From the NCBI GenBank assembly GCA_963815115.1, contig CAWFFN010000005.1, forward strand, positions 1,536,001 to 1,600,000: a DNA stretch of 64,000 nt, written 5' to 3'. Below are positions 11,522 through 21,728 of this stretch, in pieces. Position 1 is the first letter of the stretch; each line of letters starts with the position of its first letter. The position numbers were made by a program, and so were the translations under genes. Origin of the DNA: an uncultured delta proteobacterium. Lineage in GTDB: Bacteria > Desulfobacterota > Binatia > DP-6. The notes below the pieces were generated by a model. It was not told the DNA's origin. It was given only the letters and a program-made list of their open reading frames with translations, and searched no databases.

Positions 11522-12313
11522 AGCTCGCGGACACCGTTCTCGACGCCATGGACCGCCGCCGACTGATCGAGCCGCTCAGCCGACCGCGATCCGTCCCTCG
11601 ACGACGACGGGGCCTACGCGATCGCGTGGGACGTCCACGCGCGGCGCCGTGAGCGCGGCGAGGAGCCCGTCGGCCGCAAGATCGGCTTCACCAACCGCAC
11701 GATCTGGGCCGAGTACGGGGTGTGGGCTCCGATCTGGAGCCACGTCTACGACTCCACCGTGCACCATGCCGAGGACGGCAACGCGCGCCTCGCGATCGGC
11801 CACCTGCTCCAGCCGCGGATCGAACCGGAGATCCAGCTGCACTTCGCACGGACCCCGCCGGTGACGCGTGACGAGACGGCGATTCTCGAATCCATCGACT
11901 GGATCGCGCACGGGTTCGAGATCGTCCAGAGCGTCTACCCCGACTGGAGATTCCGCAAGGTGGACGCGATCGCCGCCTTCGGTCTCCACGGTGCGCTGGT
12001 GGTGGGCCGGCCCGTTGCCGTTCGCGACATCGACGATTGCGCCGCGAAGCTGCGCAACTTCACGATCGTCCTGTCGGGTGACGACGGACGGACGGCGAGA
12101 GGCGGCGGGACGAACGTGCTGGACACTCCGCTGCTGGCCTTCGCGCACCTCGCCGAAGTGCTGGGGAAGCAAGCGCGGTTCGCACCCGTTCAGGCCGGCG
12201 AGGTCGTCACGACCGGCACCCTGACGAAGGCGCTGCCGGTTTCACCCGGCCAGACCTGGGCCACGGTGCTCGACGGTATCGACCTTCCGGGCTTGTCGAT
12301 CACCTTCGCCTGA
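11518..12313 (+). CDS. 2-keto-4-pentenoate hydratase / FAH-family protein (frameshift at ~11580)
   Basis: MKLADTVL...IEPLS continues in another frame as DRDPSLDDDGAYAI...VGRKIGFTNR; QPRIEPEI; AGEVVTTGTLT. Confidence 0.85.
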
Positions 12314-12366
12314 GCTCGTCGCAAACGGCCTGCACCCCGGGGGCCGCTCGTGATAGTCCCGCGCCC

Positions 12367-13579
12367 ATGTCACGCCACCCGCTCCACGAGCATCCCCTTC
12401 GCAGCCTCTTCACCGATACCGGCGCGCGCAGCCGGCGAGCCTCGTCGTGGGACCGGAGCGGCCGCAACTGGGACTTTCTCGTCGTGGGCTCCGGGGAGAC
12501 GGTCACCCTGCTCGAGCACGAGGGTCCCGGGTGCGTCATGCACGTCTACTGCGCGCTGGCGTTTCCGGAGCTGACGGACTACCGCGACGCGATCCTGCGC
12601 TGCTACTGGGACGGCGAGGCGAGCCCGTCAGTCGAGGTGCCGCTGGGCGACTTCTTCGGCGTGGCCCACGCCCGCATCCGGCTGCTGCGCAGCGCGCTGG
12701 TCGCCATCAACCCCGGCTTCGGCTCGTCGCACGGCCTGCACGCCTACTTCCCGATGCCGTTCGCGACCGGCGCACGGATCACGCTCGAGCATCGCGGCGA
12801 CCGGGCGCTCGGCGGCGCGCTGCCCGGCGCTCTGGTACCACATCGACTACGAGACCTACGACGCCCCGCCGCCCGCCGACACGCTGCGCTTCCACGCGCA
12901 GTGGCGGCAGGAACGTCCGACCGTCGCGGTGGGGCCGCGCCCGAACGTGCAGCTGCACGGAGGAGTCAACCTGGACGGCGCCGACAATTACGTCGCGCTC
13001 GACGCGGTCGGCGCCGGCCAGATGGTCGGGTTGCTGCTCGAGATCAACAACGTCGCCGGCGGGTGGTACGGGGAAGGGGACGACATGGTCTTCGTGGACG
13101 GCGACTCGTGGCCGCCGTCCATCCACGGCACCGGCACCGAGGAGATCTTCGGCGGCGGCGCGTGCCCCGTGCGCGAGTTCGCCGCGCCGTACCACGGGTT
13201 CCATCTGATCGAGTCGCCCGACCATGCCGGGCTGGTCGGCGCGTATCGCTGGTTCGTCCACGACCCGATCCGCTTCACGCGCTCGCTGCGCTGGACGGTG
13301 GAGCACGGCCACGCCAACAACTTCGCGAACGAGTACGCGTCGGTGGCCTACTGGTACCAGACGGAGCCGCACGCGTCCTTCCCCGCGCTGCCGGCGCGGG
13401 ACGCGCTGCGGCCGGCGCTGCCGCCGGCCTACGACGAGGCACGCGAGGCCTATCTCGGTGCCGTCGGTCAGGCGTTGCAGGCGGGGGCGATGCCCGAGCT
13501 GTATCGCCTGGCGGCGATCGGCGAGCTGTTCTACGCGGGTCGGTTCGAGGACGCGCTGCGACGGGTGCGCGAGGGCTGA
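12367..13579 (+). CDS. DUF2961 / glycoside hydrolase family 172-like protein (frameshift at ~12824)
   Basis: RASSWDRSGRNWD, YWDGE.SPSVEVPLGDFFG, YFPMPF, WYGEGDD, GTGTEE, EHGHAN, SVAYWYQ; removing one C at 12823-12825 joins the two ORFs. Confidence 0.88.
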
Positions 13580-13654
13580 GATGCGGCCGGGCCGCCGGCC
13601 GCACCAGAGACATGCGCGGCCGACGGCCCGGAATCGAGAGAGCGGGGACCGGGA

Positions 13655-14353
13655 TCAGAAATCCGCGTGGAACGGCGGCGTGCCGAGGTTGGCCAGCGGA
13701 ACCACCACGGCGGACGCTGCGAAGATGTCATCGGGTGTCTGGAAATTCTCGCAGCAGAGGCCGCGCGTCGTGATGAAGGTCGAACACGTGTTGGTGTCGA
13801 ATTCTTGCGACTTGACGGTGTGCGTGCTGCCCGGCAGGTCCGGGAAGTAGGCATTGTTGGCGAATGCCCCGATGAAGGGGACGAGATCGGAACGAAACAC
13901 CTGGACGAGGGTCTCTCCCGTGCAGTCGGTGTTCTCGTGGTAGAGTGTGATCGAGCCCTGGAAGAAACCTTCCTCGTTCTCGTCGGCGAAGAGGATGCCC
14001 GCCCCGACCCCCGGCACCTTGAGGGCGATCGAGTCGGAATGGCCGACGTCGCCGATGCCGATGATTCTCCCAGTGCTGTCGACCACCGGGAAATCTCCGG
14101 GGTCGCCCTTCGCTCCCTTCGCGCCGGGAGCTCCAGGAGCGCCGGGTGCGCCCGCGCTGCCGGCCGCGCCGTTGCCTCCCGCGGGACCCTGCGCACCGAC
14201 GAACTGCGCGAGATCGATGGGCGATTCCTTCTTCTTGCACGCGTCGCGCAGGACCACGACGCCCGACTTCTTGACGCACAAAGCGGCATCCCCGCGGCCC
14301 GCGACGAGCGCGAGCGCAGCTGCAGCGATGGCGATGGAACGAATACCGTTCAT
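13655..14353 (-). CDS. Secreted collagen-like (Gly-X-Y) protein
   Basis: AGGAGG RBS; signal peptide; CVKKSG...CKKKE head; about 10 Gly-X-Y triplets; globular C-terminal domain. Confidence 0.88.
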   Translation of the reverse strand: MNGIRSIAIAAAALALVAGRGDAALCVKKSGVVVLRDACKKKESPIDLAQFVGAQGPAGGNGAAGSAGAPGAPGAPGAKGAKGDPGDFPVVDSTGRIIGIGDVGHSDSIALKVPGVGAGILFADENEEGFFQGSITLYHENTDCTGETLVQVFRSDLVPFIGAFANNAYFPDLPGSTHTVKSQEFDTNTCSTFITTRGLCCENFQTPDDIFAASAVVVPLANLGTPPFHADF

Positions 14354-14434
14354 CTGGTGGTCCTCCTTGACCTGACGCCGGGCCGCCGGTCGTTCTCAAG
14401 AGACGCCGGTTTCCCGAATTCAATTGCGCTAGGT

Positions 14435-14464
14435 GCGCTACCTTCCAGGTAGCGGGCCGCTACC
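14435..14464 (-). promoter_or_regulatory. Palindromic operator-like motif, copy B
   Basis: Minus strand reads GGTAGCGGCCCGCTACC-TGGAA-GGTAGCGC, 81 nt upstream of the collagen-like gene. Confidence 0.7.
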
Positions 14465-14621
14465 CGAAAATACCCTTCACGAACGGCCGCTTGCTCGTCA
14501 CGGTGTCACGGCGCGCCACCGGAGCCGCTGGCCCAGCAGGGATGCTCGGATCTACGCGAGTGCAACCCGCCAGCTCGGGGCTGCGCGAACGTTCAGCGCA
14601 GGGCGGCCCGCCGTGACGATC

Positions 14622-16289
14622 TCAGCCGTTGGCGCCGGGATATCCGGGGACGAAAAAGACGTTGGGCTGAATCCGCCGGATGGTGGTATTGCGCCGGATG
14701 ACGGTCGAGAGGCGGGTCTGACGGATCCGGTAGATCTCGCCACGCGGCAGGAGGCGGCTGTACCAGAAGCGGTCGCCGGCGCGCGAGCGGGTGAACTGCT
14801 CGACCAGCACGGTCATCAGCGTCTCTCCGACGATGCGGCCCGGGAGGTCGTCCTCGACGAGCAAACCGACGAAGGTGTCGACATCGTCGACGTCGCCGTA
14901 GAGCTGCTGGAGTGTTGCTGCCAGCGCGCGGTCGGAGGTGATCTCGGAGAAGGTCCGCTTGCGCGGCAGTCCGTAGTCGGCGCGCACGGTATTGAAGTCC
15001 GGAAGTCCGTGATCGCGGCCGCGCTGGAGGTTGAGGGAGATCAGATCGAGGCCGCCGCTGCGCGGGGCGCCGAAGAGAAAATTCCGCACGTCGTCGATCA
15101 CCTGGGCATCGAGCTCTTGTGCGCGCTGGACCGCGAGGCCGCGCAGGATCGGCTCCAGGCCCTCCTGCTTGAGGATCGGCGGGGTTGCGCTGAAGAACGC
15201 CTCGCGAAGTGCGAGCGGTCCTTCGGGAACTGTCCGTCCGCGCGCGTCGAGGCGTTGGATCACCGCGCTGAGGAGGGTGTGGCCGAGGCGGTAGGCCGCG
15301 GTGGAGAAGACGGTCGCGATTCCCGCGTCGACCGTCGGATCGTAGGGGCCGTCGGGCCCCAGTGCGTCCGGACCGAGCAAAGCGGGCAGGAACTCACCGT
15401 AGGTGATGGCCTGGATCTCGCCGATCACGATTCGGCGCGCGCGCTGGTAGATCTCCTCGTCGGATAGACGAGGATGGACCCTCGCGATCCGCGCTGCCTG
15501 GCTGTTGTGCTCGCGGACGAACAGCGTGTGCAGGCAAGCCAGCGTCGGCTGCTCGTTCGCTCGGATGTCGCCCGCCACGAACGCGTCGGTCGAAAGATTC
15601 GGGGCCTCGGGTGAGCCGGCGTTCGGCTGCGTGCCGTCGTTGAACGGCAGGAGCGCGCCCGCGGCCGTTTCCGTGACCTTGAGTCGACCGCCGCTTCCGG
15701 TGCGCAGCCAGGCGGCCCGTTCGGCGGTCGAGCCGTAGACGTTCGACCCATCGATGTAGGCCGTGATCTCGTTGACCTGCTCGCGAGGGTTCGTGGTTCC
15801 GGTGGCGGGATCGAAGAGCGAGCGATGGAATGCGATCACCTGCAGGTTGGTGAAGAAGGGATCGAAGAACGGGTCGCCGGAGGGGACGGCGATCGGCAAT
15901 CCCTCGCGCGCTCCCTCGGTCAGGCTGAGATCGTGATCGAGAAACTGGCCCCAGGTCCAGATGTAGTCGCTGAGTCCGATCGCGCTCGGAAACGACGCGG
16001 TCTGATCGAAGATCGCGTCGCTCAGCAGGCGGGGACTCGGCCGGGTCGCCCCGGCGGGGGCTGCAATGCCGTCGGCATAGTGGGAGCCGCTCGCGCCCCG
16101 TAGGAGGTGCGCACCCGGAGCGCCCCAGCCGGGGTGGGCGAGGTTGTTGCCCCTGCCATCGATCGGACGGACGGGAGGCTCCCAGCCGCCCGCGGCAGTC
16201 GCCGCAAGCATCACGACGAGGAGAACGCCGGCCGGAAGGCGCTTCCGGGCGGAAGCGATGACGGCCAGGCGGGAGGTTGACCAGCCCAC
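14622..16289 (-). CDS. Secreted animal-type heme peroxidase (peroxidase-cyclooxygenase superfamily); start uncertain
   Basis: DGRGNN, WGQFLDHD (distal His), GDIRANEQ (distal Arg), AYRLGHT (proximal His), NLQRGRDHGL, GDRFWY. Confidence 0.93.
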   Translation of the reverse strand: MGWSTSRLAVIASARKRLPAGVLLVVMLAATAAGGWEPPVRPIDGRGNNLAHPGWGAPGAHLLRGASGSHYADGIAAPAGATRPSPRLLSDAIFDQTASFPSAIGLSDYIWTWGQFLDHDLSLTEGAREGLPIAVPSGDPFFDPFFTNLQVIAFHRSLFDPATGTTNPREQVNEITAYIDGSNVYGSTAERAAWLRTGSGGRLKVTETAAGALLPFNDGTQPNAGSPEAPNLSTDAFVAGDIRANEQPTLACLHTLFVREHNSQAARIARVHPRLSDEEIYQRARRIVIGEIQAITYGEFLPALLGPDALGPDGPYDPTVDAGIATVFSTAAYRLGHTLLSAVIQRLDARGRTVPEGPLALREAFFSATPPILKQEGLEPILRGLAVQRAQELDAQVIDDVRNFLFGAPRSGGLDLISLNLQRGRDHGLPDFNTVRADYGLPRKRTFSEITSDRALAATLQQLYGDVDDVDTFVGLLVEDDLPGRIVGETLMTVLVEQFTRSRAGDRFWYSRLLPRGEIYRIRQTRLSTVIRRNTTIRRIQPNVFFVPGYPGANG

Positions 16290-16438
16290 GGAGCGTGGCT
16301 ACCACGGGCGACCGCTGCGCGGCCAGCACTTTGCAGGCAGGGCGCTTGAAGATTTCCATCACCGCCGCGAGACTTCGACCCCCATCGCCCTCCTCGGAGA
16401 GAAGCACCAGGCGCCATGGCGGTTGTGCCGTGCGTTCC

Positions 16439-17062
16439 TCAGGACCGGAGGCCCGCGAAGGCAGCCGCGATCCGCAGGCCGGCCCTCGGGCGGGCGTACA
16501 TCCGCTCCATGTAGGCGCGCAGGCCCGCGAAGTCTCCCAGCAGGCCGCTCTCGTTGGCCCAGTCGAGCGTATAGGCCGTCACGAAGTCGACCACGCCGGC
16601 GTGGGCGCCGACGACGAACTCGCGCCCCTCCATGTGACGAGCGAGGACGGCCGCCATCTCGGTGAACTCGCGGCGCGCGATCGCGACATCGGCCGGAAGA
16701 CGCTGCTCCTCGGGATAGAGCCTGGTGTGACGGACGATGCGCCACAGCGGCTGCTCGAGCTCGGTGGCGGCGAAGAGAAGCCAGCGGTACGCCTGTGCTC
16801 TCCCCTCGGCCGAACCCGGAAGGAGGCCCTGCTCGCGGTACTTGTCGGCCAGGTACATCACGATGGCCACCGATTCGGTGAGGACGACGTCGCCGTCCAC
16901 CAGCACGGGGACCTTGGCGGCGGGGTTGAGGGCAAGGAACTCCGGCCGGCGATGGTCACCGGCAATCAGGTTCACGGTGACGGACTCGAAGTCGACGCCC
17001 AGCTCCTGGAGCGTCCAGCGGACGCGGATCGAGCGGGTAGGGGGGAACTCGTACAGTCGCAT
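16439..17062 (-). CDS. Glutathione S-transferase
   Basis: TRSIRVRWTLQEL, FLALNPAAKVPVL, LTESVAI. Confidence 0.93.
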   Translation of the reverse strand: MRLYEFPPTRSIRVRWTLQELGVDFESVTVNLIAGDHRRPEFLALNPAAKVPVLVDGDVVLTESVAIVMYLADKYREQGLLPGSAEGRAQAYRWLLFAATELEQPLWRIVRHTRLYPEEQRLPADVAIARREFTEMAAVLARHMEGREFVVGAHAGVVDFVTAYTLDWANESGLLGDFAGLRAYMERMYARPRAGLRIAAAFAGLRS

Positions 17063-17369
17063 GGTCTGCCTCCTTGACGCGGCCGATTGTGACCTCGTTC
17101 ATGAGTCGTTCCGGCAAGCTCGATTTCGACACCCCCTGGCACCTTGGCAGGTCCGGTCAGCGCCCGAGCGCGGCGCACACCGCTGCGGCGAGCGGCGTGG
17201 GCGACCGATGAGGCGCCGAAGCTCACCGGTCGCGTCGTGGTGTAGCCGACAACGGCCGTGCTCTTGCGAGTCCCTAAGGTTGCTGCGCTCCTCGCCGAGA
17301 CACGAGCGAGCACGGTACGTCGCCCTTCTCGTTGACGGCCTTGCGCGGGCCGCGGTACTCCTGGCGACC

Positions 17370-20081
17370 ATGCGCGTCGTGCTCGTCCGCGTCGCCGTTG
17401 TCCTGGGACTCGGCTTCTACTCCGTAGCAGCAGTCGCCGCGCCGTGCGACTGGCTCGTCTACGACGCGGCCCGCGGAGCTCCACAGGTGTTCTTCACGGA
17501 TCCCGACGGCACCCCGCCGCTTGCGATGCGCTTCGACGCCGACTTCGCCGCCGCCGGTGGAACATTGTCCGAGCAAGGGGGACTCGACTTCGACGGCGAC
17601 GGGAAGACCGATGTCTTCCGGAAGCACGTCCGCCCGGATCTGTTCGGACAGTGGCAGCACGTCGCCGGCGGCGCGCCGGCGGCGTGGATCGACATGGCGT
17701 ACGCGGGTGACTCCATGTCGAATCTCGCGTTCGGCGACTTCGACGCCGACGGGAAGACCGATGTCCTCGCCGTCCAGTACCGGGGATCCTCGAAGTACTA
17801 CTGGAGCTACTCGAGCGGCGGCGTGAACAGCTACGTCGACCTGAACTATAGCAGCGCCGCCATGTACCAGCTCGGGTTCGGCCGGTTCGACGCGGGCCCG
17901 TCGACCGACATCCTGGCGGCGATCGAGACCGGGTATCTCTCGGGGATGTTCCCCTACCAGTACTCGCCCGGCGGCGTCGGAGCATTCGCGCCGCTCATGA
18001 CCGGAACCGTCAGCCGCCAGAACCTGCGGTTCGGCGACTTCGACGGCGACGGCCGGACCGACCTCTTCACCGCAGTCGACCAGGGCGACGGGACATTCCA
18101 GTGGGAGTATGCGCCCGGCGGCGCCTCGGCGTTCGTGAACCTCGCGCGGACGCCGTACGCGATCCCGGAGATCGGGTTCGGCGATTTCGACGGCGACGGG
18201 AAGACCGATCCGTTCGCCCTCCACCCGCTTCCGGGAGGCGGCTTCGAGTGGCTCTACTGGCCAGGGGGCACCGGCGATGCGGTGCTCCTCAACACCGTCG
18301 ACGGCCCCATGCCCGTCTTCGGCAACTTCGTCGGCGACGCACGCACCGACGCGCTCGTCCTGCGCTGCGGAGCCGAGCCGCTGATCCGGGAGCATCCCGA
18401 AGTGGCGGCGCCGAGGGATCGGCAGACGGCGGTGCAATACTTCGTCGGCGAGGTGAACGGCGACGGGCGGCCGGACCTGATCCGCAACTCCACGTGCCAG
18501 AAGCTCGGGGCCTTCGCGTGCGCTGAGGATGCGAACCTGGTGAGCGTTCTCCTCGGCGACGGGACGGGCGGCTTCGCGGTCGGTTCCTGGCAGACGTTGA
18601 GCCCTTCCGGATTCGAGGACGTCCAGTCGTTTGCCGGCGATGTAACGGGTGACGGCCTCACCGACCTCGTCTGGATAAAGTTCGTATCGAGCACCAGCTC
18701 GGACGTGTACGTGGCGCGGGCCGTCGGCGACGGCTCGTTCGTGCTCGGCGACAAGCAGACCTTGAACCCGCCAACATATGCGAACCCCTACCTCATCGAC
18801 GTGAACCACGACGGTCGAGCCGACCTCGTCTGGGAGACGGTGTGCGTGTACGGGAAGGGTTTCGACTGGGACAGCTGTTCCGTTGGCGATGTGAACCAGG
18901 TTGCGGTCGCGTTCGGGGGCGCGAACGGCATGTTCGCGCTGACGTCGCCGCAGACCCTCGGTGGCACCGGCTGGAGCGGGTACCATGCGCTGGTCGGGGA
19001 CGTGAACGGCGACGGCAACGTCGACCTCGTGTTCGACTCGACGTGCCAGCCAAGCGGTCCTACCGACTTCATCTGCTCTGCGGGGACCAACAACTACATC
19101 TTCACGGCGCTCGGCGACGGCTTCGGTGGCTTCGCATTGGGTCCGTTCCAGAACTACGGGTCCGGCTGGAAGGAGTACAACGACCACTTCGTCTACATGG
19201 CAGACGTGAGCGGCGACGGTCTGGACGATCTGCTCTGGCTCGCGACCTGCCCCGGCGACTCGTCGTGCGAGGGTGGAGGCTCGCAGCTCGTTCGTGTCGC
19301 GCTGTCCAACGGCAACGGCACGTTCGCCGTCACATCGCCGCAGGATCTCGGCTTCGGATACTGGAATTCGTTCAGACTCGAGCGCGGCGACGTGAACGGC
19401 GACGGCAAGGTCGATCTCCTGCTCTACGCGCTGAGCTCCCCCTCTGACACGAGGAGTCTCAACTCCGGTGTCGTTCACGAGCTGCTGGCCGACGGCTCCG
19501 GTGGCTTCTCGGTGTCGCCGCTCCAGGTGATGTCCGGGCGTCTCTGGAAGGGGCACAACAGTACCCCGACGCTCATCGTCGGCGACGTGACCGGTGATTC
19601 GGCGGCAGAGCTCGTCTGGGTCGACTCCGATACGACGCGCGACCACGATCGCGTGGTGGTGAGCGGCGACTTGCCCACGACGACCACCTCGCTCCCCACC
19701 ACCACACCGACGACCACGTCCCCGACGACGACCACCACGTTGCCGACTCCGTCCGACTGCGTGGCCACGCCGGGGATCGGCGGGCTCCAGTGTCTCTGCG
19801 GTCGTGGTCTCGCGATCGGCCTCTGCGCGGGGGCGAACGTCCCACACAAGATCGATGCGCTTCACGGGAAGGCGTGCAACCTGATCGACCGCGCTGCGGC
19901 CGCGAGCGGGAAGAAGCGGAAGAAGCTTCTCGGCAAGGCGCTCGGTCGGCTGCGCACGCTGTCGAGCGCCGCGGGCAAGCACGGAGTGCAAAAGAAGCTG
20001 CCCCCGGGATGCGGAGGGGAGCTGGTGAGCGACCTCACGACGCTGCGGGACCTGACGAAGGAGCGAAAGGCCACGCCCTGA
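17370..20081 (+). CDS. Secreted FG-GAP/VCBS repeat protein with Thr linker and basic Cys-rich C-terminal domain
   Basis: Signal peptide; many GD(F/V)(D/N)GDGxxD Ca-binding loops; poly-Thr linker; K/R-rich tail. Confidence 0.92.
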   Translation: MRVVLVRVAVVLGLGFYSVAAVAAPCDWLVYDAARGAPQVFFTDPDGTPPLAMRFDADFAAAGGTLSEQGGLDFDGDGKTDVFRKHVRPDLFGQWQHVAGGAPAAWIDMAYAGDSMSNLAFGDFDADGKTDVLAVQYRGSSKYYWSYSSGGVNSYVDLNYSSAAMYQLGFGRFDAGPSTDILAAIETGYLSGMFPYQYSPGGVGAFAPLMTGTVSRQNLRFGDFDGDGRTDLFTAVDQGDGTFQWEYAPGGASAFVNLARTPYAIPEIGFGDFDGDGKTDPFALHPLPGGGFEWLYWPGGTGDAVLLNTVDGPMPVFGNFVGDARTDALVLRCGAEPLIREHPEVAAPRDRQTAVQYFVGEVNGDGRPDLIRNSTCQKLGAFACAEDANLVSVLLGDGTGGFAVGSWQTLSPSGFEDVQSFAGDVTGDGLTDLVWIKFVSSTSSDVYVARAVGDGSFVLGDKQTLNPPTYANPYLIDVNHDGRADLVWETVCVYGKGFDWDSCSVGDVNQVAVAFGGANGMFALTSPQTLGGTGWSGYHALVGDVNGDGNVDLVFDSTCQPSGPTDFICSAGTNNYIFTALGDGFGGFALGPFQNYGSGWKEYNDHFVYMADVSGDGLDDLLWLATCPGDSSCEGGGSQLVRVALSNGNGTFAVTSPQDLGFGYWNSFRLERGDVNGDGKVDLLLYALSSPSDTRSLNSGVVHELLADGSGGFSVSPLQVMSGRLWKGHNSTPTLIVGDVTGDSAAELVWVDSDTTRDHDRVVVSGDLPTTTTSLPTTTPTTTSPTTTTTLPTPSDCVATPGIGGLQCLCGRGLAIGLCAGANVPHKIDALHGKACNLIDRAAAASGKKRKKLLGKALGRLRTLSSAAGKHGVQKKLPPGCGGELVSDLTTLRDLTKERKATP

Positions 20082-20147
20082 GACCGACGCGGCACGTCGT
20101 TCTCGACGTGACGGCACGATCCCTTCTCTCCTCACGGATTTCGAGTG

Positions 20148-20735
20148 CTACATGGCCACGACGGCGCACACCGCGCGCATCTCGAGCACGCCGGTGAAGT
20201 CGAATTGCGTGCTCCCATTGAAGAGCTGCACCTCCCAGCCCGTGCCGTCCGCCGCCGGCTCGCTGACCACCACGCGCACGTCCCGCAGGATACCCTTGTC
20301 GGTGCCGGCGAGGTTCGATCCACCGCCGACCACCTGCTTCCCCGGCGGGCAGGAGAGCGTGATGACGTTGCTCAGGCCGGATGGGGTTCCGCTGTTGTTG
20401 ACGAAAACGTCCTGGCTCGACGTGACGATCTCGTAGCCCGAGAGGCCGGGAGCCCCCGCCTGGCCCCTCGGACCCGGCAGGCCGAACTCCCCCGTTGGCC
20501 CCGTCGGTCCCCTCGACCCTGTGGGCCCCGTGACGCCGGGTTCTCCGGTCGGTCCCACCAACCCCAGCGCCGTGGGATCGACCTGGGTCTGCTTCTTCTT
20601 GCACTGGGGGAACACCTGGAGGGACCCCTTGCCCTTCTTCGGCAGGCAGAGAACCTCCGCGTGTAGGGGCGAGGCGAACACCCCGATGACCAGAGCGATG
20701 AGGAGCGTCAGCGCGGCGCGATGTCCGTTCGACAT
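20148..20735 (-). CDS. Secreted collagen-like (Gly-X-Y) protein
   Basis: Signal peptide ending LHA; CLPKKG...CKKKQ head; GPT/GEP/GLP triplets; [12 protein letters not shown]-terminal domain. Confidence 0.88.
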   Translation of the reverse strand: MSNGHRAALTLLIALVIGVFASPLHAEVLCLPKKGKGSLQVFPQCKKKQTQVDPTALGLVGPTGEPGVTGPTGSRGPTGPTGEFGLPGPRGQAGAPGLSGYEIVTSSQDVFVNNSGTPSGLSNVITLSCPPGKQVVGGGSNLAGTDKGILRDVRVVVSEPAADGTGWEVQLFNGSTQFDFTGVLEMRAVCAVVAM

Positions 20736-20791
20736 GACGGCGCTGGTACCACGAAGGCGGCTGAACTGGCGAACGATGGCCTCGATCCCGT

Positions 20792-20830
20792 GAGAGCGAC
20801 CCGAGACGAAGTCTCGGGTCGCCCTCCTAC
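20792..20830 (-). repeat. GTAG-footed hairpin (REP-like or terminator)
   Basis: 12-bp perfect stem GCGACCCGAGAC/GTCTCGGGTCGC with 3-nt loop; GTAG precedes it on the minus strand. Confidence 0.5.
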
Positions 20831-20959
20831 GGGACCGTCGTGGCGACCGACGGCGGCGATCCGGTCTCCACGCACCACCACGTCGGCCTCGTAGGGTGGC
20901 CGGCCGCTGCCGTCGACGATCGTGCCATTGCGGATGACGAGGTCGGGCTGGTCGTTCAG
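20830..20959 (-). pseudogene. N-terminal fragment of a metal-dependent amidohydrolase (D-aminoacylase-like)
   Basis: Minus strand reads [33 protein letters not shown] after a GAGGAG RBS; similarity stops at the hairpin. Confidence 0.75.
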
Positions 20960-21672
20960 GTTCGACTCCTCATCGGCACTCGACCGCCACGCTGTCGGCG
21001 GCTACCAGCATGCTCGGATGTGCGTGCAGAGTCCCGCGGCACAGCGAAGCGCTCCCAGAAGAGACAGCCGTCCACCGGCCGCCGCTCGGGTCTGGAATAG
21101 CGACCACGTGGCCAGCCGATCGGGATGAGGGCGCAGGTCGGACACTGCTCGGGCAATCCGAGCCAGGCGTCCACCTCGCGTCCGACGGCGTGCAGCTGGG
21201 TGAGCGACGCCCCCAGCCCGACGGCGCGACACGCGAGCAGGACGTTCTGCACCGCCGGAAAGAGCGCCTGGAGCTGTGGCGCTCCGCGCCGCATCCACCC
21301 GGCGACGAAGAGGTGCACCGGCGCTTCGTGCAGGTGGTCGGCGAGCCAGATCGCCGCGCGCATGTTCCTTCGCTTCGCCTCGGGGTAGGCCGGGTCCTTC
21401 GCCGCCTCGAGCGCGGGCGCAATGTAGCGATGGAACAGCGGCCGGTAGCGGTCGGCCACCCATTGCCTGCGCTCCTCATCCGTGACGGCGACGAAGATCC
21501 ACGGCTGGCGGTTGCCGCCGCTGGGCGCGAATGTCCCGGCCTCGCACACCTTCCTGATCAGCTCCGGCGGCATCGGGTCCGGGAGCAGCCGGCGCAGCGC
21601 GCGCGTGGTGCGGAGGCCGTCCAGCAGCGGCACGTCCTCCCCGATGGTCTGAATGTCGAATGCGGGTGTCAC
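20956..21672 (-). CDS. Nitroreductase family protein
   Basis: [42 protein letters not shown]; GTG start at 21672. Confidence 0.9.
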   Translation of the reverse strand: MTPAFDIQTIGEDVPLLDGLRTTRALRRLLPDPMPPELIRKVCEAGTFAPSGGNRQPWIFVAVTDEERRQWVADRYRPLFHRYIAPALEAAKDPAYPEAKRRNMRAAIWLADHLHEAPVHLFVAGWMRRGAPQLQALFPAVQNVLLACRAVGLGASLTQLHAVGREVDAWLGLPEQCPTCALIPIGWPRGRYSRPERRPVDGCLFWERFAVPRDSARTSEHAGSRRQRGGRVPMRSRT

Positions 21673-21728
21673 GGCCGGTACCCTGGCCTCGATCTGACTG
21701 GCCGCGCAAGGCCTCGAATCTTCGCGGA

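Noticed and set aside
10656-13579. Three consecutive frameshifted genes (also 48669) as pseudogenes or programmed frameshifts
   Set aside because: Each is repaired by one base in a short C/G run (10796, 11580, 12823, 48667) with no other decay or slippery heptamer, typical of long-read indel error; read pileups would settle it
20955-20975. GGTTCGACTCC resembling a tRNA T-loop
   Set aside because: T-stem pairs poorly and no acceptor, D or anticodon arms are present; it overlaps the RBS of the amidohydrolase fragment
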